Origin: an uncultured cyanobacterium
GTDB lineage: Bacteria; Cyanobacteriota; Cyanobacteriia; Cyanobacteriales; CAWCAG01
DNA length: 64,000 nucleotides
NCBI GenBank assembly: GCA_963793425.1
Contig: CAWCAG010000005.1
Span: 32,001-96,000, forward strand
Reading direction: 5' to 3'
A model generated the notes under the pieces. The model saw only the letters and a list, made by a program, of their open reading frames with translations. It was not told where the DNA came from and did not search any database. The translations under genes were made by a program, and so were the position numbers. This document shows positions 32,533 through 43,040 of this stretch, in pieces. Each line of letters starts with the position of its first letter. Positions within the stretch are counted from its first letter, which is position 1.

Positions 32533-34944
32533 TTAATAAGGCCACTTCCACTCAACTATTTCTGGTTTATCTATACCATGTGCGTGAGCATAGGTGAGAT
32601 TATCGATAATTTCATTCCTCATTCTTTCTCTGACATAAGCTGCACGGGAACCCAACTTAGGAACGCGATCAATTACGTCAATCACTAAATTAAAGCGATC
32701 TATTTCATTAAGAATTGCTAATTCCAGGGGAGTATTAATGTTACCTTCTTCTTTATAACCCCTAACATGAATTCGCTCTTGCTTTGTGCGACGATAAGCT
32801 AATTTATGGATTAACCAGGGATAACCATGAAAGTTGAATATAATAGGTTTATCGGCTGTGAAAAGAATGTCAAACTCTTTGTTAGATAAACCGTGAGAAT
32901 GTTCTTTTTGTGATTGTAGCTTATATAGATCAACCACATTAATAAACCTAATTTTTAGCTCAGGAAATTCTTCTCGTAAAATTGCTGTAGCGGCTAAAGA
33001 TTCCATAGTGGGGATATCACCACAGCAAGCCATAATTACATCAGGTTCATCTGCTGCTTTACCACAGTCATCATTACTTGCCCATTCCCAAATGCCAATA
33101 CCTTTAGTACAATGCTTAATTGCTTCATCTATAGTTAGGTATTGTAGGTGTAGTTGTTTATCTGCCACAATTACATTAACGTAATCTTTACTCTGTAAAC
33201 AATGATCAGCAACAGAAAGCAAACAATTAGCATCAGGGGGAAAATAAATGCGAGTTACATCAGCACTTTTATTAGTAACTAAGTCGATGAAACCAGGATC
33301 TTGATGGGAAAAACCGTTATGATCTTGTCGCCAAACTAAAGAAGAAAGTAAAATATTTAAAGAAGAAACAGGAGCGCGCCAAGGAACGTGGTTTTTGCAA
33401 ATATCTAACCATTTAGCGTGTTGGTTAAACATAGAGTCAATAACATGAACAAAGGCTTCATAGGTATGGAAAAGTCCATGTCTTCCTGTTAGTAAATAAC
33501 CTTCTAGCCAGCCCTCTAAAGTATGTTCACTTAACATCTCCATTACCCTACCGTCAGGAGATAACATTCCGCCATCTTCATCTTCTGGTAAATAATCTGC
33601 CATCCAGGTTTTCTTACTGACTTCATAGATATCTGCGAGGCGATTAGAAGCAGTTTCATCAGGCCCAAATACCCGGAAGTTGTGCATGTTTTGCCTCATT
33701 ACTTCCCGTAAAAACTGCCCTAATACCCTGGTATTTTCGACTTCTAAAGTACCTGGTTTTTCTATTTCAACGGCAAAGTCTTGGAAGTGGGGCAATCTTA
33801 AGTCTTTCCGTAACAAACCACCGTTGGCCACAGGATTAGCACTCATACGTTTAATCCCCACAGGGGCTAATTCTTTTAACTCCAGGATTAAAGTACCATT
33901 TTCATTAAATAACTCCTCTGGTTGGTAACTCTTCATCCACTCTTCTAGAAGTTTGACGTGTTCAGGATTAGAGTGCATTGCACCCATGGGAACTTGATGA
34001 GATCGCCAATAACCTTCTACTTTATGACCATCTACTTCTTTTGGCCCAGTCCAACCTTTAGGACTACGCAAAATAATCATCGGCCAACGGGGACGAAAGG
34101 CTCTATTTTCGCTACGGGCTTCTGCTTGGATTTCCCGAATTTTAACAATGCACTCTTCCATTGTGGCTGCCATTTTTTTGTGCATCAATTCAGGGTCTGA
34201 ACCTTCTACGATATAAGGGGTGTAGCCATAGCCTTTAAATAAGTTTTCTAGTTCTTCTGGGCTAATACGAGCGAGGATGGTAGGATTAGCAATCTTATAA
34301 CCATTCAGGTTCAAAATCGGCAACACAGCCCCATCACGTAGGGGATTGAGGAATTTGTTAGAATGCCAAGCGGTTGCTAATGCCCCTGTTTCTGCTTCCC
34401 CATCCCCTACCACACAAGCAGCAATCAATTCAGGATTGTCGTATACAGCACCGTAAGCATGGGAAATGCTGTAACCTAATTCTCCTCCTTCATGTATCGA
34501 ACTAGGAGTTTCCGGGGTGCAATGACTGCCAATATAACCCGGAAAAGAGAATTGCTTAAAGAACTTCTGCATTCCTTCTGCATCTTCACTCTTGTCAGGA
34601 TATATTTCTGAATAAGTCCCTTCTAAATAAACTGGCGCTAATACTCCGGGCGCGCCATGGCCTGGCCCCGCTATAAATATCGCGTTTAAATCGTATTTTT
34701 TAATTAACCGATTAAGATGAACATAAATAAAGCTAAGGGCAGGAGAAGAACCCCAATGTCCCAGTAAACGTCGCTTGATATGTTCAGGTTTTAAAGGTTG
34801 TTTAAGTAAAGGATTATCTCGTAAGTAAATCATACCAATGGCAAGATAATTACAAGCACGCCAATAAGCATCAATTTTACTTAATTCTTCAGAACTTAAA
34901 GCATATCTTAAGGAATTTACTTGGGAAGATGAAGCTTGAACCAT
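32533..34944 (-). CDS. xfp: Phosphoketolase (XFP/Xpk)
   Basis: [48 protein letters not shown]. Confidence 0.95.
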   Translation of the reverse strand: MVQASSSQVNSLRYALSSEELSKIDAYWRACNYLAIGMIYLRDNPLLKQPLKPEHIKRRLLGHWGSSPALSFIYVHLNRLIKKYDLNAIFIAGPGHGAPGVLAPVYLEGTYSEIYPDKSEDAEGMQKFFKQFSFPGYIGSHCTPETPSSIHEGGELGYSISHAYGAVYDNPELIAACVVGDGEAETGALATAWHSNKFLNPLRDGAVLPILNLNGYKIANPTILARISPEELENLFKGYGYTPYIVEGSDPELMHKKMAATMEECIVKIREIQAEARSENRAFRPRWPMIILRSPKGWTGPKEVDGHKVEGYWRSHQVPMGAMHSNPEHVKLLEEWMKSYQPEELFNENGTLILELKELAPVGIKRMSANPVANGGLLRKDLRLPHFQDFAVEIEKPGTLEVENTRVLGQFLREVMRQNMHNFRVFGPDETASNRLADIYEVSKKTWMADYLPEDEDGGMLSPDGRVMEMLSEHTLEGWLEGYLLTGRHGLFHTYEAFVHVIDSMFNQHAKWLDICKNHVPWRAPVSSLNILLSSLVWRQDHNGFSHQDPGFIDLVTNKSADVTRIYFPPDANCLLSVADHCLQSKDYVNVIVADKQLHLQYLTIDEAIKHCTKGIGIWEWASNDDCGKAADEPDVIMACCGDIPTMESLAATAILREEFPELKIRFINVVDLYKLQSQKEHSHGLSNKEFDILFTADKPIIFNFHGYPWLIHKLAYRRTKQERIHVRGYKEEGNINTPLELAILNEIDRFNLVIDVIDRVPKLGSRAAYVRERMRNEIIDNLTYAHAHGIDKPEIVEWKWPY

Positions 34945-35255
34945 GATTTGTTTACTTGCTCCTAATAAATACTAAGTTTTAAAAGCCTGAGTAAGCTGGT
35001 TGCTTGGTTTTTCAGCTATTAGGGTACAGTTTTGCAACTAAGGCTACAATTAAGAAATGATGGACAAGATTGTTACTAAGGAAATGATCTGAACTTAAAG
35101 TTACCGCAAAAACTATATCATAACAGTTCAAACAAAAATTCCTTCTAAAGTTTAATGAAAGACCTAATACCTACAAAAATTCTCAATCATAAATTATGGC
35201 TTTTTTTAATAAATAATATTAATCTCATTTTAGTTAAGGTCAATAAAGAGATAGA

Positions 35256-36410
35256 TTGAAACAGAAGAGTTATTGCGGGCAAAGAATAATGAAAAGTGCA
35301 TCTATTCTCCTGTTTACTATCGCCATTCCGATCATTTTTAGCTCCGCCGTCAGTTTTGCTCAAAATAGTGCAGAAACCACAGATTTAGAACCGTTGCAAA
35401 CATCAGAAAGTTTAAACCATGGTGTGCAAACAGAAGCTAAATTTTTAGAAGTCCCAGAAGAAGAGATAATTCCTAAACCGCTCCCTTCCCTTAATCTTGT
35501 CCAAACTTCCACCCCAGAAACAACAACCTCAGATCAACCTGTTAATCAAGGCATTTACGGTTCCCTGAGTGGGAATTGGCGATTTTTTAACTCTGTTGAC
35601 TTCACAGGAGTTAACATCCCGACTATCGGTGCAATAGACCCCATAGAAGCAGAATTTGATTCGGGCTTCGGCATCAATGGTTCTCTTGGTTACAAGTTTC
35701 CTAATCATATTCGCTTAGAAGGTCAAATTTCCTATGGACGCAACGAAGTAGGTGATGTGGATTTACCAGGCATTCCTGCTGCTTTTGGCACTCCGATAAC
35801 TACCCTGACTATTACTCCTGGCACTATAATTCCTGCTGGAACAACTATCGGGCCTATTACTGTTCCGACTGATATTAATATTGGAGGAGGAGTTATTCTC
35901 AATCCTGGCACTCCCCCAACTCTGGCTCAAGATGTTACCATCATTGGGATAACCGTTCCGGCCGGAACACCTATTCCTCCAGGAATTCCGACAACAACTG
36001 ATACAATAACACCCCTCATCCGTCCAGAAATTCCTGCTACTACAGCTAATGCTAGCGGTAGCATCTCCACTCTTTCAGGCTTAGTCAACCTTTATTATGA
36101 CTTTGATACTCAATCAAACTGGGAACCTTATATCGGGGGCGGCATCGGCGTTTCTCTTTTCTCTGCCCATGATTTGAGTATCAGCTATCCCGGTACAACT
36201 TTCACTGCTACAGTTGATGATTCTACTTTAGGATTTGTTTATCAGTTGATGGCTGGAGTTGGCTATTATTTTAATCCTCAAACTGCTGTTACCTTGGGCT
36301 ATCGTTATTTTAATACTTTCAATACTTCTTTCGATACGCCATTAGGAGAAGTTAATTTAGAAGGAGTTGGAATTCATAATCTTGAGGTGGGAGTGCGCTA
36401 TTTCTTTTAA
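35256..36410 (+). CDS. Outer-membrane beta-barrel protein (OmpA/Ail-like) with a large Pro/Thr/Gly/Ile-rich insertion
   Basis: Signal peptide (start probably ATG 35289), GYKF..IRLE, LVNLYYDF, PYIGGGIG, YQLMAGVGY, terminal GVRYFF. Confidence 0.8.
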   Translation: MKQKSYCGQRIMKSASILLFTIAIPIIFSSAVSFAQNSAETTDLEPLQTSESLNHGVQTEAKFLEVPEEEIIPKPLPSLNLVQTSTPETTTSDQPVNQGIYGSLSGNWRFFNSVDFTGVNIPTIGAIDPIEAEFDSGFGINGSLGYKFPNHIRLEGQISYGRNEVGDVDLPGIPAAFGTPITTLTITPGTIIPAGTTIGPITVPTDINIGGGVILNPGTPPTLAQDVTIIGITVPAGTPIPPGIPTTTDTITPLIRPEIPATTANASGSISTLSGLVNLYYDFDTQSNWEPYIGGGIGVSLFSAHDLSISYPGTTFTATVDDSTLGFVYQLMAGVGYYFNPQTAVTLGYRYFNTFNTSFDTPLGEVNLEGVGIHNLEVGVRYFF

Positions 36411-36454
36411 AATAGTCAATAGTTAATTGCCGAGACATAAACCGTTTATTGCCA

Positions 36455-37099
36455 ATGAAACTTTTTACTATTGGGCATTCAAATCATTCCATTGAGACAT
36501 TTATTACTCTGCTGCAAAAACATAATATTACAGCATTAGCTGATGTTCGCTCTCATCCTTATAGCAAATATTTACCTCATTTCAATCAAACACTCCTGAA
36601 AAAATCCTTAATTAAAGTGGGAATTAACTACGTATTTTTAGGAAGTGAATTAGGAGCAAGAGCCAATAATCTTAAGTGTTATGTTGATGGCAAAGCTATA
36701 TACGAGAAAATTGCTTCTACTGAAGAGTTTAGGGAAGGTATTGAACGGATATTAAAAGGAGTAAAAAATCATCATATTGCTCTTATGTGTGCAGAAAAAG
36801 ATCCCCTTACTTGCCATCGAGCAATTTTGATTTGTCCTTACTTACAAGTGGATGATTTGGAGATTAACCATATACTAAAAGACGGTGATTTAGAATGTCA
36901 TAATCATCTTGAAGAAAGACTTTTAGCATTGCATAATCTCAAACAACCGCAACAAATGCAACTATCTTTATTTGATAACCTCTTATCGTCTCAATCGTTA
37001 ATGAACAACTATTCTAGGGAAGAATCTTTACAAAAAGCCTATAAACTTCAAGGGGAAAGTATCGCTTATGTGGAGAGAAAACAGCAAGAAGATGAATAA
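36455..37099 (+). CDS. DUF488 domain protein (first copy)
   Basis: FTIGHSN, DVRS.PYS..PHFN, ELGAR, LMCAEKDP..CHR. Confidence 0.88.
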   Translation: MKLFTIGHSNHSIETFITLLQKHNITALADVRSHPYSKYLPHFNQTLLKKSLIKVGINYVFLGSELGARANNLKCYVDGKAIYEKIASTEEFREGIERILKGVKNHHIALMCAEKDPLTCHRAILICPYLQVDDLEINHILKDGDLECHNHLEERLLALHNLKQPQQMQLSLFDNLLSSQSLMNNYSREESLQKAYKLQGESIAYVERKQQEDE

Positions 37100-37538
37100 A
37101 ACAATTAATCTCTATACAATTGGTTTTACGAAAAAGACTGCTCAACAGTTTTTTGAAACTTTAGTCAATAACGGAGTCAAAAGAGTTATTGATATTAGGC
37201 TCAATAATGTTTCGCAATTAGCAGGATTTGCTAAACGTACTGACTTAGAATACTTTTTGCAGACAATAAGTGAGATTAAATATGACCATATTTTAGATTT
37301 AGCACCTACTAAGAATATTTTGAATGATTATAAAAAAAAGCAAGTAAATTGGAAAACTTACGAACAAAAATTTTTGCACCTGATTAGCGATCGCCAAATC
37401 GAAAAAAAAGTTTCACGAGAACATTTAGAGAGCAGTTGTTTGTTATGTAGTGAAGCAAAACCTCATCATTGTCATCGTCGTTTAGTGGCAGAATATTTGA
37501 GTGATAAATTAGGAAATATAAATATATTGCACTTATAA
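37092..37538 (+). CDS. DUF488 domain protein (second, shorter subtype)
   Basis: YTIGFT.K.A..FF, DIRLNN.SQLAGFAK, LAPT, LLCSE..PHHCHRRL; its ATG overlaps the upstream stop. Confidence 0.88.
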   Translation: MNKTINLYTIGFTKKTAQQFFETLVNNGVKRVIDIRLNNVSQLAGFAKRTDLEYFLQTISEIKYDHILDLAPTKNILNDYKKKQVNWKTYEQKFLHLISDRQIEKKVSREHLESSCLLCSEAKPHHCHRRLVAEYLSDKLGNINILHL

Positions 37539-37589
37539 AATTCATCATGCTTGTAAAATACAGAATGCTTGGATAGTACTAAATGTGAA

Positions 37590-38414
37590 ATGCCGATGAC
37601 TCAAATTATTTGTCTTGCCAACTCCTGGAAACATGGTGAACGGTGCATTGCTGGTATTAATAAAGAGACAAAAAAATGGATTCGTCCTGTATGTAGTTCG
37701 TATCCTCAAGATGGTAGAATTCCTAAAGATATAAGATTGATACAAAGAAGAGAACCTACTTTACTAGATATTTTAGAAGTTCCTTTAGAAAAACATGGCC
37801 CTAACTTCGGTTTTGAAAGTGAAAATATAACTATAGCTTCAGGAAAATGGCGAAGAGTAGGAGAAGTTCAACCTACGGATTTGCTGCAATATTGCCATAA
37901 TTATGATTACATTCTTCATAACTCAGAAAAGTATGTTACTGTACCTTATTTAAAATCATTACCTTTGTCAGAAAGACGTACTTTAGAGTTAGTCTATGCC
38001 ACCAAGTTATCTGTACATGGTATACCCACAGGAGAAGGAATAAAATGGAGAGGTACACTTACAACTGAGACAGGATTGCGACTAATTAATGCTAGTATAA
38101 CCGACCCTGTATTTGTACAAAAACTCAGTTACGGTTATCGTCCTCAGCATCCTTGTTTAGTAACTGTAAGCTTAAGTATGCCCCATCGCTTTGAAGATTG
38201 GGAAGAAGATGATCCTTGTTGGAAACTCATTGCTGGAGTGATAGAATTATTTGAGTATGATTTAATTTTAGTAGAGATGAAACGAGTTGGTTGGAGTATA
38301 GAACAAGGACGCTCTTATTTAAAAAGAAACTATCAAAAATGTTCTCGCCAGCAATTAAGTAACCAGGAAATAGAAGAATTTTTGAATTATCTTAAATCTT
38401 TACCTAGCCTTTAA
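37590..38414 (+). CDS. Dual-OB-domain protein with an extra C-terminal helical domain
   Basis: CLANS.K...RCIAG...WIRPV, ESEN, ITDP, TVSLS, CWKLIAGV; C-terminal EMKRVGWSIEQGRSYL...SRQQL...EEFLNYL. Confidence 0.75.
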   Translation: MPMTQIICLANSWKHGERCIAGINKETKKWIRPVCSSYPQDGRIPKDIRLIQRREPTLLDILEVPLEKHGPNFGFESENITIASGKWRRVGEVQPTDLLQYCHNYDYILHNSEKYVTVPYLKSLPLSERRTLELVYATKLSVHGIPTGEGIKWRGTLTTETGLRLINASITDPVFVQKLSYGYRPQHPCLVTVSLSMPHRFEDWEEDDPCWKLIAGVIELFEYDLILVEMKRVGWSIEQGRSYLKRNYQKCSRQQLSNQEIEEFLNYLKSLPSL

Positions 38415-38432
38415 TATTTAAAATGGCTTTTT

Positions 38433-39644
38433 TCACTTCTTACTAGTCAACTTATTCAACTCAGAAGCAGCTTCTTCAGGTTTGCCAGAAAGGGGAAAAA
38501 CTAAAATACTTTTAACTTCAGGATCACTCATTAAATTATCTAAATGCTTGAATTGTCGCTCAGTAATAGCAATCCCATCATTTTGTTTCACATAGTTTAA
38601 TTCCTCTTTGAATTTATCTTCCCCATAAACTTGAATAAATACCCTGTCAACATTCCAAGTTTTCCAATCTGCAGCAAAATACCTTTTCGCCCAATAGGGA
38701 TTATGATGACAAAGATCAAAACTAACCGCAGGGTTAGATTTTTTCATCGCAGCAATCATATTTTGCACAAATTTTGTCAACTTAACCGTGCGATCAACCT
38801 TACCCGGTAACTCTGCATGATAACCAAGATAATCATCCCATTGCACCGCATCAATAGAGGGATATTTATCAACAAATTCAACTAAAATATCAGTAAAAAA
38901 TTTAGCAACTTCAGGAATTTCTACATCAAGAACATAATGATCTACTGCTGTATGAGTACGATCAACTCCTGGCACAATCCAACCTTTTTCCACAGCTAAA
39001 TCAAAAGCAGGACTATTTTCATCAATTTTAATTCCTTTTTCAAAGTAAGCATGAACTTCCATACCTTGTTTATGGGCCTCATCAATTAACCAATCTAACC
39101 ATTTATCTTGGAATAAGTTGGGACAACTTTCATAGCCCAAAGTTTTCTGCATCACTTCGCTTTTATACATAGTGCAAGCATTACCCCAAACCCCATGAAT
39201 AATAGTATTAAATCCTTGGGCGCGATAATAACGAACTCTTTCTCTAATCATGTGTTCGCTGGCATTATTAGTAACTTGATAGCGACTTAAATAGATGCCT
39301 CGAATCTGTTTTGTTTGCCAAGGAGTTTGAGGAATTGCTTTGGCTTTGAGTGCTGCTTGAGTAGGAGTAGTTCGTGGAGCTGGAGAAACTGGGGAAACTG
39401 GTTGCTGGTTAGCTTTAGGAATCGGCGCTTTTGGTAAAGTAGTTGTGGGGGAAATTGCCACTTCAGGAGAAGAAGAAGTTATAAAAGGAATATTTTCTGG
39501 TAAATTGTTCGATAAAAACTTATTGATTCCTAAACTTTCTCTTTGGGTAAACAAAAAATAACCCCCTGCCAATAGAACTATGATTAAGGAAAAAGGAATA
39601 CCAAAACATCCACATCCCTTCGATTTCTTTGCGTTGGTTGACAT
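38433..39644 (-). CDS. GHL10 (DUF187/YddW-like) glycoside hydrolase, membrane-anchored
   Basis: N-terminal TM helix + Pro-rich linker; IRGIY, GFNT, IDEAHK.GMEVHAYFE, IDAVQWDDY. Confidence 0.8.
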   Translation of the reverse strand: MSTNAKKSKGCGCFGIPFSLIIVLLAGGYFLFTQRESLGINKFLSNNLPENIPFITSSSPEVAISPTTTLPKAPIPKANQQPVSPVSPAPRTTPTQAALKAKAIPQTPWQTKQIRGIYLSRYQVTNNASEHMIRERVRYYRAQGFNTIIHGVWGNACTMYKSEVMQKTLGYESCPNLFQDKWLDWLIDEAHKQGMEVHAYFEKGIKIDENSPAFDLAVEKGWIVPGVDRTHTAVDHYVLDVEIPEVAKFFTDILVEFVDKYPSIDAVQWDDYLGYHAELPGKVDRTVKLTKFVQNMIAAMKKSNPAVSFDLCHHNPYWAKRYFAADWKTWNVDRVFIQVYGEDKFKEELNYVKQNDGIAITERQFKHLDNLMSDPEVKSILVFPLSGKPEEAASELNKLTSKK

Positions 39645-39947
39645 AATTTAAGTAATAGGTAAAGACCATTCGAGGGTGGGGTTAATTCTTTAATAACAAG
39701 TATAACCTGAGTGTATTTTTGTCTTGTTGGGATCGCTATTGGCACGTTATTGAGATTGATACAGAAGATGGGGAGAGGGTTTGAGTCCTTATTTTCCGGT
39801 TCAATAGTATAGCAATAGCCAAAACTATCGGGACAGAACAAAAACCTCATGCCTTAGACATAGCAACCATTTCTCCTCTACTTACTGCTCCTTCTCAATG
39901 GTAATATTTGCTTCAATTGCTTTAACTCAATTTCCGCAATTCGAGCA

Positions 39948-39990
39948 AAATGAACAAGAAATGAACAATTATTGGCCTGGAAAATGAACA
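39948..39990 (+). promoter_or_regulatory. Three AAATGAACA direct repeats upstream of the ferritin-like gene
   Basis: Exact copies start at 39948, 39959 and 39982. Confidence 0.55.
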
Positions 39991-40023
39991 TTTCTCTTTC
40001 TTAAAATGGCATAAACAGAGTAA

Positions 40024-40698
40024 ATGTTTATGACAAGGAAGACAATTTTGACTAATCCAGAACAAAAATCCTTAATTGCTTCGCCACAAAGACGCAAATT
40101 CTTAAAACTTGGTGTCCTGACTGGGGCGACTAGTGCTTTCGCGTTAGCGGCTGATAAAGTAATGGGTGCTAGTAGACCTAGCCGGGAAGCTGATGTAGAA
40201 ATACTTAACGGCGCAATCATGCTTGAGCAAAAAGCTGTCAACACTTATGTTGCGGCGGCTGAGAATAATTTGTTACCAACGAAAGCTTTTTTAGATGTGG
40301 CTGTGCAATTTGCCGCCGATCACACTGAACACCGCGATCGCCTCAAAGATATTATTTCCGGGGTATTTAGGGTAGAGCCTATATCTAGTGAAAATCTGGG
40401 TACTTTCCCCATTCCTGCCAATGTCTTAAATGGTAGTGAAGCAGACGTACTCAGGTATGCTCTTACCTTAGAAATGCTTGCTTCTAAAAGTTACTTCGAC
40501 TTTATTACTGACAAGCTTACCTCCAAGGGAGCTAAAAATGTTGTTGCTAGCATCTTACCTATTGAAAATCAACACGTTGCTGTTTATCGCTCTGTGTTGC
40601 TAGTTCTACTTAATGAACCTGCACTACCAGGAGATGATAAACTGGTTCCCTATCCTTTCTTAAGTCAGCAACCAACTCCTCCTGTACCAGAAGCTTAG
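40024..40698 (+). CDS. Tat-exported ferritin-like domain protein (Ferritin_2 type)
   Basis: RRKFLK twin-arginine signal; carboxylate/His ligand pattern LE..A...Y, DH..H, LE, IE.QH. Confidence 0.8.
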   Translation: MFMTRKTILTNPEQKSLIASPQRRKFLKLGVLTGATSAFALAADKVMGASRPSREADVEILNGAIMLEQKAVNTYVAAAENNLLPTKAFLDVAVQFAADHTEHRDRLKDIISGVFRVEPISSENLGTFPIPANVLNGSEADVLRYALTLEMLASKSYFDFITDKLTSKGAKNVVASILPIENQHVAVYRSVLLVLLNEPALPGDDKLVPYPFLSQQPTPPVPEA

Positions 40699-42794
40699 AT
40701 CCGGCTATGAGGACTAATTTCTTGCTGCCATAGAACATCTGCCACTTTTCTTACTCCGTTCTTTAGATGACGGCGAAAAGTACTAAAGGGTATATCTAGT
40801 AACTCTGCGGCTTTTTCTTGGCTAGGTGCAGGATCGAAGTAGGTGTGGTCAAGGGCTCGATAGTATTTAGCCTGGCGAGGTGAGGAAAGTAAGGACATTG
40901 CTGCATCTTTAACTAAGCTTTGTAATATGGCAATGTATTCTGCTTCCTCTGCTTCGGGGATCGCTTCTCTTCTAACCAAGTGGGATTGTAACAAAGGATT
41001 GTTATTGAGATCATTGGGACTGGTAAAACAGCGCAGGGCGTTCCATACCGCTTCTCTAAACTCAGCTTCACTCAGAAAAACTAAAGGCTGACTCACTTGA
41101 GAAGGAGATATGGCTTGGGCTGAGGCAGCGATTTCTCTTTGTGCTAAAAGTTTCTGCCAGGCTTTAGGGGGTAGTACTCGCCAGTCATGGCCATAAACTC
41201 CGTAGCATTGCTTTGCGATCTCGAAATCTGCTTCAGCAATTCTGGTTAAGTCAGCATAGGCAAACATCGCAGCCCAATAATCTGCTTCAGCACAAGGAAA
41301 GAAGCTAAAGGCTAATCCAGGGGCATGGCGGTGGTATTGTATGAAATTAATAAAAATGAGGCTTTGCACCGCAGAAACCCCTTGATAGCTATCCTGAGCC
41401 ATCCAGAAGCGGAAAAAGGCTGCCCCTTCCCCTGAACGCAAGGGAGCATTTTTTTGTAGATACTTCCAAGCTTTATAAGTGGCTGGATCTGCCTTCAAAT
41501 CCTCGTCTTTGGCTTCGTGTAAAGCGACTGTCATCATCAACCCAGCTAGCTGTTGTTTTTGGTCACGAAACACCCTAACACCTTCGGGTTGCAGTTTTAG
41601 CCAATGGGCCGCTATTTGGGCAGATTCGCAACCTTCATACTGATCTACTATCCCTAACAAAGCTTCCCTATCTCCTTCTTTAAGACTGTCGGTGGTGAGG
41701 TCGCTATTTTCTTGCCAAGTAAACCGGGGTTTAACGGCTGGATTATCTCGGTGGAGGAAGATGTAATCAAAGAGGAGACGATGTTGTTCTTGCCCTTGGG
41801 TTTCTCCTAGACCCGTTGTATAATAGTTGCGGGCCCGTTGATGAAGTTCGCTATACCAGTCTGGATTACGCCAACGCAAGTCTGCTACTAATACATCCCG
41901 GACTAAATCGTGGGGAAACAAACCCACAGGGGCAGGTTCAATAAATGATAAGCTACGTAACCAAGTAAATAATTCGTGGCTATCTGGTTTTTCTAGCATC
42001 TTGGCTAGTAAAGTTTCGGTCAGTGAACGAACTAAAGTACAGGCTTCCAAGGCCTGGCGATGAGTTTGACTAGGAACTTCTTGGACAAATTTTTCTAGTA
42101 AGGCTTTAATCACGTCTGGCATCGCTTCAGGTTGCCAAGAAAGTTTTTGACCTTGGGTCAAAACATCAGCTACTAAGGACAAAGCGAGGGGATGACCGTG
42201 GGTAAAGTCAAGAATTTGGGGATATTGAGTTTCGGGTAGCTTGTTTTTAGCCAGGTAAAGATAACTCTCTTCTGGGGAGAAGTTGCGTAGAGGTAAAAAC
42301 TGAGTTACGCTTTGCCAACCAGGATCTGTGTACCAAGGAGTACTAGGGGAATGGCGACTAGAGGTGATCAGTAAAACTTCTTCTGGTAACTGGGGTAGAA
42401 AAACTTCCCGCAGCCATTCATCAAGGGAAGTTAGGGTTTCATAGGTATCAAGTAAAATAACCTGGTGATTTGGGTTATCAGCTAATGTTTGTAAGGGAGA
42501 TTCCAAAGGAGGTAACTTCATGACAAAACCTAACCCCTTAAGGAAAGATTCAGGGGTGGCTTCGAGGTTGCGAGTATCTAAATAAAAGGATTGAATTTGA
42601 GACTGTTGGCAAATGAGAATAAATTCTCTGAGGAGTGTTGTTTTGCCAATGCCCCCTGGGCAAAAAATATGTAAGATATGAAAAGGTAATTGGGGTTTGG
42701 TAATCGCCTCTGTAAATTTTGCCAATTCCCCTGCGCGACCAACAAAGTAGTGATGGCGTGCCGATTTTAAACGTTCTTCTAGGGGTGATGTCAT
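40695..42794 (-). CDS. STAND/AAA_16-like ATPase with C-terminal HTH (putative transcriptional regulator)
   Basis: FVGR..EL, CPGGIGKTTL, LLDTYE, GHPLAL, PHDLVR; HTH SQEKAAELLDIPFSTFRRHL. Start moved to ATG 42794 because the longer start overlaps the next gene. Confidence 0.8.
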   Translation of the reverse strand: MTSPLEERLKSARHHYFVGRAGELAKFTEAITKPQLPFHILHIFCPGGIGKTTLLREFILICQQSQIQSFYLDTRNLEATPESFLKGLGFVMKLPPLESPLQTLADNPNHQVILLDTYETLTSLDEWLREVFLPQLPEEVLLITSSRHSPSTPWYTDPGWQSVTQFLPLRNFSPEESYLYLAKNKLPETQYPQILDFTHGHPLALSLVADVLTQGQKLSWQPEAMPDVIKALLEKFVQEVPSQTHRQALEACTLVRSLTETLLAKMLEKPDSHELFTWLRSLSFIEPAPVGLFPHDLVRDVLVADLRWRNPDWYSELHQRARNYYTTGLGETQGQEQHRLLFDYIFLHRDNPAVKPRFTWQENSDLTTDSLKEGDREALLGIVDQYEGCESAQIAAHWLKLQPEGVRVFRDQKQQLAGLMMTVALHEAKDEDLKADPATYKAWKYLQKNAPLRSGEGAAFFRFWMAQDSYQGVSAVQSLIFINFIQYHRHAPGLAFSFFPCAEADYWAAMFAYADLTRIAEADFEIAKQCYGVYGHDWRVLPPKAWQKLLAQREIAASAQAISPSQVSQPLVFLSEAEFREAVWNALRCFTSPNDLNNNPLLQSHLVRREAIPEAEEAEYIAILQSLVKDAAMSLLSSPRQAKYYRALDHTYFDPAPSQEKAAELLDIPFSTFRRHLKNGVRKVADVLWQQEISPHSRI

Positions 42795-43040
42795 ACTAGA
42801 GCGGTGTTGACTAGCACAGGTTATTTTTGAGAGTGGCGAGGGAGCAGGAAGTAGGGATTTGAGAAATTTGGGACTAGATTCTCTAGCGGTTTTATTGTAA
42901 CCGGATTTGGTATCATAGGGATTGTTTTGAACTTGATGATTAAATTCTTTCAGGTTTTGCGACAAACTTAATATAACTTCGCTACGCTCAAGAAGATTTT
43001 GGGTACAATTGCCCTTAAGTAGCGACAGGAAAAGAAGGAA

